Shown here piece by piece: positions 46,059-58,710 of a stretch of DNA of 64,000 nucleotides. The DNA is from Macrostomum hystrix (lineage: Eukaryota; Animalia; Platyhelminthes): contig CATNEN010000038.1 in assembly GCA_950097015.1 (NCBI GenBank), positions 5,828,001-5,892,000 on the forward strand, read 5' to 3'. Every line of letters begins with the position of its first letter. Position 1 is the first letter of the stretch. The translations under genes and the position numbers were made by a program. Below the pieces are notes generated by a model that ran no database searches, had not been told where the DNA came from, and saw nothing but the letters and a program-made list of their open reading frames with translations.

Positions 46059-49000
46059 GACTCGAGACCATGGAATGCGCCCAACTTGATGGGCATGCTC
46101 AGTACTGAACTTTTCTCTTTTGAAATTTGTAAACAGCTTCCTTATTCTGATCGTTCACCATTACTGTGGCTGATATACGTGGACTAGTGCTTCAAGATTA
46201 TCTTTTTTTGACGTATCGTTTTTACTACTATTTTTTAGTACATTTTGTGCTTTTTCAGTCGACGCATTAAAAATTTGCAGTTTCATTCAGAATTAAATAA
46301 GTTTTTTTCTATTGAATTAAAATGCTATTCAAAGCAGTTTCTGTTATTTCCTGCGGCCATCGGGTCTAAAATGGTAGGCGCACTGTCCGTGACACGATAA
46401 TAATTAATTCTTCCGATGACTCCATTTATTAAACTCTACCTTCGGGCAAAATAAATATTTCCACACTGACTGATTTTAGAGCCATCAAAGAAAAAATACT
46501 GGAAAAATAACGAATAAAGGAAGTACAGGGGCCATCGTATTGTGTTGTTAATTGAAACAGAATTTCACTGCATGCTGTAATTAAATAGACAAGCTCATGC
46601 TCTTGAAAATACAAGTTAAAAATATTTTAGTCTATCAAATTCCAGTCGACAGAAGACATTGATTTATAACACACCTGACTACCAAATTTCTTTAGTTTAG
46701 GTAACTGTGGCATCCCACCTGCACTAAAGTTGATAGCAACCATGACACACTTGATACGAGAAAAATCCTGCTCTATATGCACAGATAAGCCCTCTTGTTT
46801 GTAACCCAATCGGATTTACTTGCCTTTAAGCCTCGTCTAACAAACTTTTAGTGATGTCAAGTGTGACAGGACCTGTCGTTCAAGTCTAAGGTACATACAC
46901 TCAATCACATCACCTGGGGGGTGTTTTCTGCTCATTTTTGGATCAGCATCGTGTCTAACTTCTTTTCTGCACTCTAGATGTCTAAATGTAGATATCTTGC
47001 ACTTTAGCTCAGCTTCTGAATACACGTCTTTTTTCATCCGATTGATCTTTAGCGCTATAATTCTCACACAAATAATCTTTTTTTAGCGGCTTGCTATTAA
47101 AAAACTGAGATAGAGAGAGAGAAAGTTTAAAGTTCGTTTTGTTTAGCAGTTAAGTTTTTTCCGAGGTTCTGAACGTTGTCGAGCATTTTTCTTTTCCTCG
47201 GATTTCGTCGGCGTAATGTGAAACGTCGTGAAAGTCGGTGCGCCGATAGAAGGCCAGGTGCGTACAGTGGCCGGAGGCTGATCGATGACCCACACTTAGG
47301 ACCGCGATGTTGCAGGAAGCTTCGGATGCAGACAGAATGGACAGCTTGGACAAGGGGACGGACAGGCATACCGAGCGATGTCCGAGGAAGAGGTTTTTTT
47401 GAAGGCGATGGAGGAAGGCGTTTGCGTACGGAACGAGCTACCCCCAGATGTTACGAGGCGAAGGATGATCGGCGTGCTGAGTGTGCAGGGGATGGTCGGT
47501 GTCCCGCAGCTGAATCCAAAATGAGCAGCAAGTAGCTTGCAATGGAGCTCCATAGAAGGACGCTGCATTCGGCCTGAAGGTCATGGATAGCGGTACTGGA
47601 GTGGCAGCCAGTGATGACCCGTAGCGCGGATTTCTGGGCGTTCTGCAGCAGCGACCAGCTGGTGGGGCTGAGAAGAGGGCTCCAGACAGGCGCACAATAG
47701 TTTGCGAGCGCACAAGAGCGCCCCAGGAGCTACCGGACAAGGTTTTGAGTATGTTTTTGTTGGCTCTGATAATGTTTGCAATGTTCTTAGCATAATTGTG
47801 AAATTTCAGCAGAGGGTCAAACGTTTTTAGTTGCAGCGGCGGCGTGGCAGAGAAGTCGTGGTTCGAGCTCGAGCATCGGGCACAACAAATGGTCAGTCAA
47901 TGAAATGGCTTGTCTGAGTGCAGGTTCGCAGATGAAATTAACAGATTCAGCTCAAAAAACTATTGCTTAGACTCAAAAGTTTTTTTAAATCCTGTATATT
48001 TTCACAAGCTTGAATGCATCGAGTACGCATCACTCAGCACTGCATCCACTGCACGAGACGTTCTCAAAACGGAGGCCTATAATATATACTCAGCTGGATC
48101 AGCTCAGGCTGAAACAGATTAAGAGTAAGCCCTGTTATTAGTAATGGACGAAAAGCGTGCTTCTCTGTACTATAGTTACGAGAAAAGTAGCAATTCAACT
48201 TCACCTGATACACACAGGACACAATGAAGTCATATATCCCAACTTGTCACATTTGACAGCTGCAATCGTGGGTACGAACTAATTTGGGCCATGAAATACG
48301 GGCACGAAATTGAACTAATGATAACTAAATAGACAATTTTATAAGAATACAATTCGTAACTTTCTGCCGTGTATTAATTTTTTATCGTTATTATCACAAT
48401 ATTCACACCGATTGGGTGCTGATTTTTTGCGGTAATAACTCGACTACATGTTTTATTCAAAATACAATCAATAATGGGCGATAAAAATAGAAGAAGCATG
48501 CAGTTAAAACAATGTGAGAAACCCTAACAAAATAAGCAACAGCTAAATCAACACGATATATTTGAAATGGAGGACTAAAAACGGAAATTTAATCTGAACC
48601 TGGGATCTAAAGTACAGTGGAACAGTTGCAATACTCATTCTAAAATAAAGCTATGGCCTGAGGGCAGCAGCGTAGTTGACCTAATTTTGAGTAGTCTTCC
48701 ATGAAGCCCACTAGTCTTTCTGTTATTTCCATCCTTTCCTGTCTCATTATAGCTCGTACATAAAGCATACTGTCCTCGGCTGTCAAGCTTTGGAAATCCC
48801 GTACAGTGCCTGCCATGCTCTCTATGAATTCATCTCTAACTGTAATATAAACGGACCAATTGCACCTAAATATAATCTACTAGAATAAGTCGGTATAATC
48901 TACTTTTTGGTACGTGCAGGGTTTGTTTCAGTACGTTTTTCGCTTGCACTAATTTTGAATTTGCAACATTCTTGTTGTTTTAATCACCCTATACACAACA

Positions 49001-49160
49001 AACACTATTGATTGCTGCTTCTTCGAGCATTTGAGTAATCAGTATATTCAACAGGATGGTCCTTGTGTTGAGCCTCGAAGCTGATGTCTCAAACGAGGAA
49101 AGCTCAGACGACGACGTCTTAACGGTGGAATCTAGTGAGGCTGAAAATTCTGTTAAAGAT

Positions 49161-49523
49161 AAATAATAAATACTGGAGGAGGGCTGCGGACAATGGCACA
49201 TAATTTGGTGACAGTAGACCCGCAGGCAGGCAGCGAGGAAGCAATACTGTTCATATAGCTGACTCCTGAGCACAAATATACAGTACACAAGGTCAGGTAC
49301 ACGCTCACACAGGTGCGTACATCTGCCCTGACTTTTTCATCGTCAGGCAGTGTACACTCTCACTGTGTCTTGGAGGCTGGCTCTCAAGGAAATAAACTCT
49401 GCGTCAGGCCCCAAGCTTTCCCTCCGCGCCTGCGTCCCAAATTAATGTGGACTCGCCGCAGAATCGAGTTCAAGGACTTTCGGTGCGAGAAGCAAACGCG
49501 CTAACCGCTCTGCCACTCACCCC
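49161..49523 (-). mobile_element. SINE family A, full-length copy
   Basis: Ends ...CGCGCTAACCGCTCTGCCACTCACCC; body matches the other copies. Confidence 0.88.
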
Positions 49524-49624
49524 GCGTTGAAGATTTCTTCTTTGGCAATCTCTGGAATATTGTAACTCAATATTGGAGTTACAATTTGGAGATGGCTTGA
49601 GCAACGCTAAACTCAGCATAGCTA

Positions 49625-50984
49625 CTTCGGGTGTGTCATAAGTAATGTCACTGAGGGTAAAACAGACCAACTAACAATCGCAAATGAACGAAACTGTATC
49701 AATCAACAACATAGTGTCCCCCAATATCAATCACCCTCTGGCAGTGCTCGTACAGCTTCTCTACCTCAGCCTGCAGGTGTTTTTCCTCCAGCTGTCGGAA
49801 CCAGTGCAACGCGGCTTCTTTGACCTCATCATGGTTTGCGAAACTTCTCTGGGAAAAGTCTGCCTTCAGCCATTTAAAGAGAAACCTGTCGCACAAGTTG
49901 AAGTCTGGGCTGTAGGGACTCTGCCAGAGCAGATTTACTCGCCGTCCAGCCAGAAAATCCGAAACAGCCTGACAGGTGTGGGGCCGTGCGTTGTCCATCT
50001 GCCACAGAACTTCGTTCAGGTGAATCGGGTTTGACCGGAGCGTGCGCCAGAGGTTCCCAGTGTGTCGGACAAAGTCGATGAAGTACTGGCCATCGACCTT
50101 GGTGTTTGGCGGAGTTGTACAGATGGAGACTCGTTTGTTTGGCGTGAATGCCACCAGCAGCATGGTCTTCTTGTCTGAGATGGACCTCCTGGTCACAGTC
50201 AGCCTGGAGTCCCCAGCTCCCAGCCAGCAGCGATTGTCTGCCTTGCTGCTTTTGCCATCCAGGTGGAGCCAGGTCTCATCCTCAACAACCAGGCAGTTTA
50301 GGATGTCATCCAAGCCCCGGCTGCTGAACACCTTGCGGATCTGATTGGCGCAGTTCACACGGGCCTGACGTTGGTCCGCAGTGAGGTCATGGGGCACCCA
50401 GACCGAGCAGACGTTTCGGAGATGGAGATCCTCTGTCAAGATGCGATGGACTGTCTTGAAATCAATCTCCAAGCAGTCCGCTAGCTCCCTGACAGACTGC
50501 CGCGGGTCTTCCTTGACCAGGTCGCTGATGACTTCGATGTTCTCTATTGTCCTGGTTGAACATGGTCGTCCAGATCTGGCGGCATCTCCCAATTCGAACC
50601 CAGGATCAGTAAAGTTCTGAAACCACCTGCAAATTGTCCTGCGAGTTGGGCAGTTGTCTGGCAGTGTGTTCCGGAGATCCTCCTCTACTTCAAGTGCAGA
50701 TTTTCCAAGCTTGAAGCGAATGAAAGCGTAGAACTGGATGTGCGTCTTGTCGTGATTCATGTTGAGTTTTGCTCGTTGCAAAAAGAAGATTTCATCGCGT
50801 TGCGCTTGCTAAATCTGATTAACAAATTCTTGCGACAGTTTTGGCCATAGACATTAAAATTGCTGCTCAGGTGTGGTGGCAACTTCTCAATAAATGTACT
50901 TTCAGAATATAATATATTTGGATGATTATTGCTTTGGGTTCCCGCACAACAACCACAGTGACATTACTTATGACACACCCGTAG
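49625..50984 (-). mobile_element. Mariner DD34D transposon, apparently intact (1360 bp)
   Basis: TA flanks at 49623-24 and 50985-86; 29-bp TIRs CT(T/A)CGGGTGTGTCATAAGTAATGTCACTG differ at one base. Confidence 0.96.
49699..50760 (-). CDS. Mariner transposase, uninterrupted, 353 aa
   Basis: ATG at 50760. Two HTH regions, RSGRP, WVPHDL, VVEDETW, QMDNARPH and YSPDFNLCD (34 residues between the second and third Asp). Confidence 0.93.
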   Translation of the reverse strand: MNHDKTHIQFYAFIRFKLGKSALEVEEDLRNTLPDNCPTRRTICRWFQNFTDPGFELGDAARSGRPCSTRTIENIEVISDLVKEDPRQSVRELADCLEIDFKTVHRILTEDLHLRNVCSVWVPHDLTADQRQARVNCANQIRKVFSSRGLDDILNCLVVEDETWLHLDGKSSKADNRCWLGAGDSRLTVTRRSISDKKTMLLVAFTPNKRVSICTTPPNTKVDGQYFIDFVRHTGNLWRTLRSNPIHLNEVLWQMDNARPHTCQAVSDFLAGRRVNLLWQSPYSPDFNLCDRFLFKWLKADFSQRSFANHDEVKEAALHWFRQLEEKHLQAEVEKLYEHCQRVIDIGGHYVVD

Positions 50985-52589
50985 TAAAATAATGTGCTGA
51001 GCTCAGTCAAGCTCAAGCACACTAAACAACTACACCAAGTTTGTGAGAGGAGTCAATAGACTGGAATGGCGCCTCCAAATGAACCATCCCAACAAGAAGA
51101 CTCCCCTATGGCAGTAAAAGTAGGCGTTTCATCAGCAATTCCAACCGGAGCACAACTCCTGGGTTGCCTAACGAATTGCCTGTGAATCCCGCGCTTTTCT
51201 GCGCTTTTCGGAAGCCCGCATCAACTTTGCTGATATGGACCACTGGTCCAGGAAAGTTGCGAAGAACGTCATCTGCAAAACAGCCTGCTGGCCAAGGAGA
51301 AAAACCTTCAAAGCTCGGCCGTTCTGCATTCGAACTCAGTAATGACCTCAGCGCGAGAGGCTACCCGCTCTGCCCCATTTCCCCCGCATAAGGTGTATGA
51401 TTTCCCAAGTTAAACTGGGCTAAAGAGCTAATGATGCAGAAAACACGAATCGTCTTACTTTAGGGACAACTTTGGTCCATTCAGGTCTCAAAACTTACAC
51501 TCTGAGCAGATAAATCGCTGGAACATCTCAAAAGAAAATGGCACAGTTTATAGGTGGGGTCGACAACGCAACGTACGAGGCTCGTACATTTTCCAAATGC
51601 CGAATTTTGTTTCCCAGTGGATTAGTCTCTAATCAACCATAAATGGAAATTCTGTCTCGGTGGCCTCTTTAAGACACTCTAGTTTGTTAGAATCAGTTTG
51701 AAAGGAGATCCTGGATGATGAAGTGGAGACTTTAAATAGTCGCACTTTAAGCACGAGCAATTCAAAAAAATATATATTTCGGCATAATCGAAAAAGGAGA
51801 TGATGGATTTCTCGTCAAAACCAGAGAGCTTTCACATGCATAATTTAGAGCGCTATTAGCTAGTCGCGTCAAGTCGTCACATATTTAGTCGTTAATGAAG
51901 TGCACCAGGTGATGTTAGACATGATTTAGAGAACAGAACTACAGCTTAACACTTCCTATTGCGACCGAGGCCTGAGATCACTGAAATCTTTTTGCTGCAC
52001 CAATTTTGAATGATAGTAAGATAGTAAGAATGATAGTATTAGCAGAGCTGAGGGCCCTGACACATTTGTCGAGGAAGTTGTAAATGTTTTTGTTTAAAAG
52101 AATCAAGTTAAGTCGGTGATTATTTTATTGGTCGAAGAAGTCAATCGATTGATTGAGTAAAAGCCTTGCATGGGCTAGTCTTGCAGTTGAATGTATTTAT
52201 ACATGTATTGCGTAATAACCGGAAATTTCAAGAAAATGCTTACGGCATAACAAAGCAATCTAGATAATATTATTTTATACACTCAGTGAATTATACTGCG
52301 TATATGGAGCACATTATTATTTTTTACTAGTAAAATACATTTAAATAACACAGTGCTACTGAACATAGTTTTCTGAAAAACAGCGAATAATCAGTTTACG
52401 CATATTATGGAAACTTCTAATAATATAATATATTAGAGTGCAAAAAGCAACAATAGTATGAAAATTCTCTACAAAATAAAGCACTAAGCTATATTTATTG
52501 TTGGTCTGCAGGCTGCCTATAGATCGACAAGCATGAATACAAAATCAAGAGGTAGTAAGCAGTAAGTATATTGAATTAGATTAGACGGG

Positions 52590-52780
52590 CTGGTACGCAC
52601 CGACACTCTGGGCTTGGCTTGCAATTAACGCCAAGGAGAGCCAACCCTTGGGGCACAATTTATAACGAACTGTATAATAAGAAGAATGTTAGTGCAGATG
52701 TACAAGACTATGTGAGTGTATTATTCCCGCGCACGTGTATAAAAGTGTGCCTGCGTGTGCTGAGATGGGCTAAATTGTTG
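52590..52780 (+). mobile_element. SINE family A, highly degraded copy
   Basis: GGGCTTGGCTTGCAATTAACGCC...GCCAACC...GCAGATGTACA...TGTGAGTGT resembles the SINE body. Confidence 0.5.
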
Positions 52781-54554
52781 ATTGAATGAGCAATTGATGA
52801 ACAATTCCGAGTAAGTTTTCCTACTTAAAACATTAAATAAATCATGAAACTAAACATGTAATTATATCTTCAACTTCCCAACAAGGTCTCTATATCCTAT
52901 TATAGATTGAACAGTTTATCCCGGATCAAAAGGATCGGCCACTTAAAAAAAGCTTTTTTTAACGAGAAAGCATCTAGAAAAAAAAATAACATGAAGTCTA
53001 AGTTCTTTAGGCCTCCTATAAAAAGCCGAAGCGACCAGGAATTAATCGAGACTCCCTAGCGAACGCGCCACAGACAGGGACTGTCACGCTTCGTCGACTT
53101 CAAGTGGTCGGATCTCAGTAAGTGCATCTGGCGCGACCGTGTGAATTGATTTTTATAGCCGAATTCCTATATCTCTTCTCAGAATGAGTGAAGGCACTTT
53201 TTCTCTCATTGCTCACTCAACTCACTGCCTGATCACAGGCAAAGTACGCTACGAAGTAAAGTTCTTTTCGGGGTATACTCGTATTTATGGCGTCCCATAG
53301 ATTCTTAGTTTGCCCAGTCAGAATAGTGGCAAGGGTCGCGCCCTCAGCGGCTGTCTATGGTATAAACCAGAAAACTTGTTCAGAAATAAGTGACGCTTTG
53401 CCACAGACATTCTCGGTGGGGCCTGAGCAGCCTATTAGCATTGTAGCAATCAACCAATTCCCCACTCTACTGGAACACTTTGTGTCCTATAGCAAGACAC
53501 TTAACTACGCGTTGCTTCAGTTCACCTAGCTGTTCAGTCCATGGACGTTCAGTCCATGTTCAGTCCAGCTGTGTTCTTACTGACGGCTGCACACCTGACC
53601 TAATTGAGGCCATATAAAGCGTGCTTTAAACTACAGAAGTCAATCTTTCTTGCTTAAATGTCAAGGCCTCAAAAACATAGTAAATGAAGAAATATTGCGT
53701 TTTGCTTGTCTGTCCAACTGTCAATTACCTGTCTGTCTCTCTGCTTTTAGGCCTGTCCTTACTGGATAGGACAGTCATCAACCTGAAGGATTTGAGTAGT
53801 GAAAGGAATTTCATTTGGTCATATTTATTCAGACGAAAAAAAATTAATATGGAAAGGTCGTCGCACCGATAATACTTCAAGGTTAAAAAATAGACTCAGT
53901 AATTTTCGCATCGGAATTAGGATTAGCCATTTCCTTGTGCTTGCCAGAAATTTTCTAACCTGACTTTCAGGCGGCTTTCATCAAAGGAATTGCGATTCGC
54001 GTGATAAAAAATGACTTTTTACCTCTGTCCGCACATTAGACTATTGAATAATGGGTTCACCGGCGAAATTTTTCTTGAGCCCCACCTGAGACAAGAGGCT
54101 GAGGTGCAAGTTTTGGAAAGCTCCGGGAGTACGAGGAGTATGAACGAACTCTATCCCACAGAGCTCACAAGATTGCATGCATAACAGTTTACCAACTACT
54201 TTTTTTCCAGCTCGTCAGACAGAGGCTCCCAGTCTGAACGGAACTGGAAACTTCGAAGGCCGAAAAATGATGCGCTTTTTGCTCTGAAGGCTGGCTGAGA
54301 AGTTGAGAGCAGTATTAAAGTAAAACAAAACTAACTTAATTTGATTCGTCTGGCATGTCGGAGTAAAGTCGGGATTCTACTTCTGTTGAGTGAGTCCTTG
54401 ACACTCAGGTTACTCCATTTTTTTTCTACACGGCTAAGCACCTTAATATTTACTTTGTGAGGCCTTTTAATACCCTCAGCTAATACTTTAGCTATTTTAA
54501 GCTACTTGTCGTTTTATCAAAACTCACCCGTCATTTCTTAGTAGCTACGTTCAT

Positions 54555-55050
54555 GAGTTCACAAGTTCACGAGTTCACAAGTTCACGAGTTCACAAGTTC
54601 ACGAGTTCACAAGTTCACGAGTTCAGAAGTTCACGAGTTCAGAAGTTCACGAGTTAAGAAGTTCACGAGTTCAGAAGTTCACGAGTTCACAAGTTCACGA
54701 GTTCAGAAGTTCACGAGTTCACAAGTTCACGAGTTCAGAAGTTCACGAGTTCACAAGTTCACGAGTTCACAAGTTCACGAGTTCACAAGTTCACGAGTTC
54801 ACAAGTTCACGAGTTCACAAGTTCACGAGTTCACAAGTTCACGAGTTCACAAGTTCACGAGTTCACAAGTTCACGAGTTCACAAGTTCACGAGTTCACAA
54901 GTTCACGAGTTCACAAGTTCACGAGTTCACAAGTTCACGAGTTCACAAGTTCACGAGTTCACAAGTTCACGAGTTCACAAGTTCACGAGTTCACAAGTTC
55001 ACGAGTTCACAAGTTCACGAGTTCACAAGTTCACGAGTTCACAAGTTCAC
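54555..55050. repeat. 16-bp (2 x 8) tandem repeat GAGTTCACAAGTTCAC, about 31 copies
   Basis: Read directly from the sequence; a few CAC>CAG variants near the 5' end. Confidence 0.97.
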
Positions 55051-55593
55051 GGCAGAAATAGTTCACGATAGAAATTTACACGGCAGAAATCTCTCTTGAA
55101 ACTGTAGCAGCTGAATGCAGCTGATAACACACCTGCTCAGAGTTGTACGAGCGTACCATCGAACATTTCGTAAAAAACGCAAGACAACGCTCTGTTCTTG
55201 ATCTATTTCTGGTCACCTGGTCGCGCTTCATCAAGCACCTGTTCATCCTGAGGTTCTTCACCGTCCTTATGTGTTTTTGCTTGGAAAGTCGGTCGTCGAG
55301 ATCTTTGTCTGGATATAAATAAGTAGAGATGGGAAATTTCTATTAAAAGTCTGGATAAAAGGATGGCAACGACTGTTATTAGGCTGGCTGCAGGCACATT
55401 GTTTCATTGTGCCAGATTTAGCTGTTGAACGCCTGTACGTAGAAGTTAAGAGTCAGGTATTAGAGTGCTCTCGGTGAGCTATCATTGTTGTCCGGCTCAA
55501 ATTTTATACATATTTCAGCACAATTTGCAGGAAAAATAACTGGCATATACCTAAAGTATTTGGTCACAAATATCCTTGGCCACCGATCTCCTA

Positions 55594-55623
55594 GTATTAT
55601 TATTATTATTATTATTCATTATT

Positions 55624-55638
<15 letters not shown>
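55594..55638. repeat. (TAT)n microsatellite
   Basis: Read directly from the sequence. Confidence 0.9.
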
Positions 55639-55639
<1 letters not shown>

Positions 55640-55654
<15 letters not shown>

Positions 55655-56460
55655 TTACTAGGGTCTTTGGTTAGGCATTAGGTTTGCTTTCAGCATGAGA
55701 CTTCCTTTCTATGTTGCGCAATCGGCCGAATTCAGTGATACAGTGTTCCTGTAGGTCGCAACATGATCGCTGCTGTTTTCGCCTCCGAGAGCTTCAGACC
55801 GCAGCGACCCGTTCATTTCTCAGCTCGGTGCAGATGAAATCTTAATGAGGTCCCTGGGAATATCAGGGGACAGGCCAGACGCCACAACAGTAACGTCGTC
55901 CGCGAACCCCACCTTCAGGATTGGCTTGGGCAGGCATCCCAAAGGAGCTGATCGATGACCATGTTCCAGAGAATTCCAGGGTACCCTTCCATGCGTGCTT
56001 CCCGTGCGGACGGGGAGCGGCTGTTGGTGGCCCTGCCGGCTGGCAGTGACTGGTCATTGACATATAACCAAGTGTGCGTAAACGTCTCAAGCTCGTGTAT
56101 AGTTTATGGCCCAAAGGCCATCAAAGAAATAGATTGAAGTGTGCAGTAAATTCCGCAACTGTGCGGTAAATGATGCCCCACTTGATCTCCGTGCCATCCC
56201 TCTTCTGAGCTACTATGCCGTAAATCCCAGACGGGTATTGTCTATGGGCCGAAGGAGCTGGTCTTGCGCACACACACTTGGTCATAAATCAATGCACTTA
56301 TGCTAGGATTCCTAGTGCGCAAATCTACAATTTACATAATCCACCTTTTGAGGAACAAGTGCGTTAGTCTCTCACTGAGGGCTCTGCGGAGCGTCTCAAA
56401 GAGGACGTTGTCAAAGGCACCACCATGTCGAAGGACGTGCAACTTGCTTTCGGTGTAGCA
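55640..56460 (-). mobile_element. Degenerate non-LTR retrotransposon RT remnant (R1/LOA/I-group-like)
   Basis: Across frames: GAFDNVLFETLRRALSER (about 56375-56430), LWNMVIDQLL (about 55945-55975), GFADDVTVVASG (FADD at 55895-55906) and GLKLSEAKT. Confidence 0.75.
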
Positions 56461-56699
56461 AACCGACCTAAAAGCGCGATTGTTGTCCTTAAACGGCGTG
56501 TTATTCAGTTCTCACGTGTTATTTTCTGCGCCTGAGCACCATTCTCTTCACCTGCTTGACGAGGAAGAATTCAGGTCGATTTGTCTGAAGGTCTTAATTG
56601 AATGGTAGGCTGGGTGGCCTGGCTTCGGGATAAAAATCCCCTTCGCTTCGATCCATATCTGCGGGATATAGCCAATTGTGATAGATCGATGGTATTAGC

Positions 56700-57150
56700 A
56701 AGTTAGTCATAAAACAGTCAGTCAGGGTCACGGTTCGCCCGTGGCAACGGCGCTCCCGCTCAGGTCCTTCTGATGCAGAAGGACCAGCGCCCGCGGGACT
56801 TGGTCGCTGCGGCCCCGACTTCGCAGGCCCAGCAGCATTTGGCGACGCCGGCGGAGGGTGACGCTCAGGTCTCTGGGCCATCTGGTCTCTTGACGGCAAC
56901 CACTCGGGGTAGTGCACGCCCAGAGCGCGATGGGGACCTGTAGAGTGCGTCTAGGGCTCGCTTTCGTGTGTCGGTGATCGGCACCGCTTCCATGCCGTAC
57001 AATAGGATCTGCTCCACGGCCGCGCGGAAGAGGCGCACCTTGAGGCACCCCCTCGCAGCTGAGTTGAAGACGTTCCTGAGCAGGAGACGATGGAGTCCGG
57101 GCTCGTTGCAAGCAATCTGAGGTACCGGAAGCCCTCGCACACTGCGATGG
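56700..57150 (-). mobile_element. Non-LTR retrotransposon remnant (RTE-like, post-RT region)
   Basis: GFRYL and LKVRLFRAAVEQILLYGMEAVPIT...ALDALYRS resemble the RTE-clade KxRLFxAxVxxxLLYGxExW motif; frameshifted. Confidence 0.75.
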
Positions 57151-58710
57151 TGTTTCTGTTAAGCAGCGCGAGTGCCGGGACGGTTTATCAGGGTCCGCGT
57201 TCGTCATCTATATGTCTTGCGCGCGGTGACCACCAGCGCCAACCGGGCGCCCTCCTCACAGAGCGGAGAAAAAACGCGTTCGGCAGCAGCTGGTAATAAA
57301 TAAAGTCTGGTTAGAAAGCCTACTTACAGGCTGTGCGTCAACAAGCATCGCCAAAAAGTACAACCATGCTAACAGCCTTATAAAATCATATCACATACAG
57401 GTTGCTTTATCGAGATGGATTGAAAGCATCATTGTTGAAAAAGCTTTTCTGAATTATACGAGTAAATTAATTTGTTCAACAAGGAAATACAATATCATTG
57501 ATTTATTTGTCTTGAATAAACTTTTTTTTAGTTGTCAAAATACAGGTTCGACACGTAGATTGGAATGGAAATACGTGGCAAACAGTTTCAATCGAGTACA
57601 ACAATGTCGATTCTTTCACACGGGGTTTAACTGAATAATTTTGCTTTGAAAACTCTAGAAATTTCAGATTAGCTCCTCCTCTCCTGGAGGAAACTCATGG
57701 CTTCATTGTGGAACAGTTTTCAGTTTTCAGTTGTGCGGCAAGGCTCTTACTGAGCCAAAGCAACAAAAAATTGCAGCAAAAATAGCAGCATATAGTGCTC
57801 GAAAAAAAGCAGATGCGTTGACAACAGTTGCTAAGACAAACAAATCAATCATTCTCGGCAGTGTGCAAGTCGTTTAGAAAATTCATGAACCAATTTTTAA
57901 GTCGTTGCAATTATTATGTAAAAGGCATTAGCGTACAGGTAGAGGTATCCAATGCATGTTCACAATACGAAAGATAAACACGTGGCATCTGAGGCATCTA
58001 AATAGCGAGCTGTGCAACCAAACGGAACGTGATATGAACAAAAAAGCTAAAGTTAGCTAATCATAAAGAGACCGCCGGTTGTCATTCTGGGGCGCCTAAC
58101 GGTTGCAGAGGCCGCCCACTGAGAAAATATTCAGCATGAAGGCGTTGACCTATCTGCTGGATTCTTTGCATGAAGCTCAACTAGCTGCGACTCTATGTAA
58201 GCACTGTGTAAACTGCCTTGCTCGTCGTATACAAAAATGTTTTTTAAGCTTCTTTCTAGGAATCCGAAGCATAACATGCCCACCTGGCCAGCGTGGCGAT
58301 CCAGCTCTCAGTTAAACGTGATTAAAAAGGTGGATGTACTTTTCGAGGCTCGTAGCCAGAGTCAATACCGTGGCTTTGGTGATGAAACGCAATACAGCTA
58401 TATCTACTCGTAGAAATGGCAGTATTTATACAGAAGCGAACTTCAATAAAGTGTTATCCAATATAAAACCCAGTTAACGTTCGGTTAGGATCGAGTTGCA
58501 TCTCTCGCACAAGACACCTGGCTAACCGTGTCGTAATGTTTCACTCAATGACGCAATAGAATCGGCAAGAAGTGAGCTCATTGTTTACTTGGTTACCCCA
58601 TCAAGATTCTCTAGAGGAACAAAGCTGTCAGTGACTTTTTAGATTTTATGTTTGAAGTGCGGGCTCACAGTCGAGCCAGATTTTATCAAGCATCCGGCGT
58701 TGGTGCTGCA

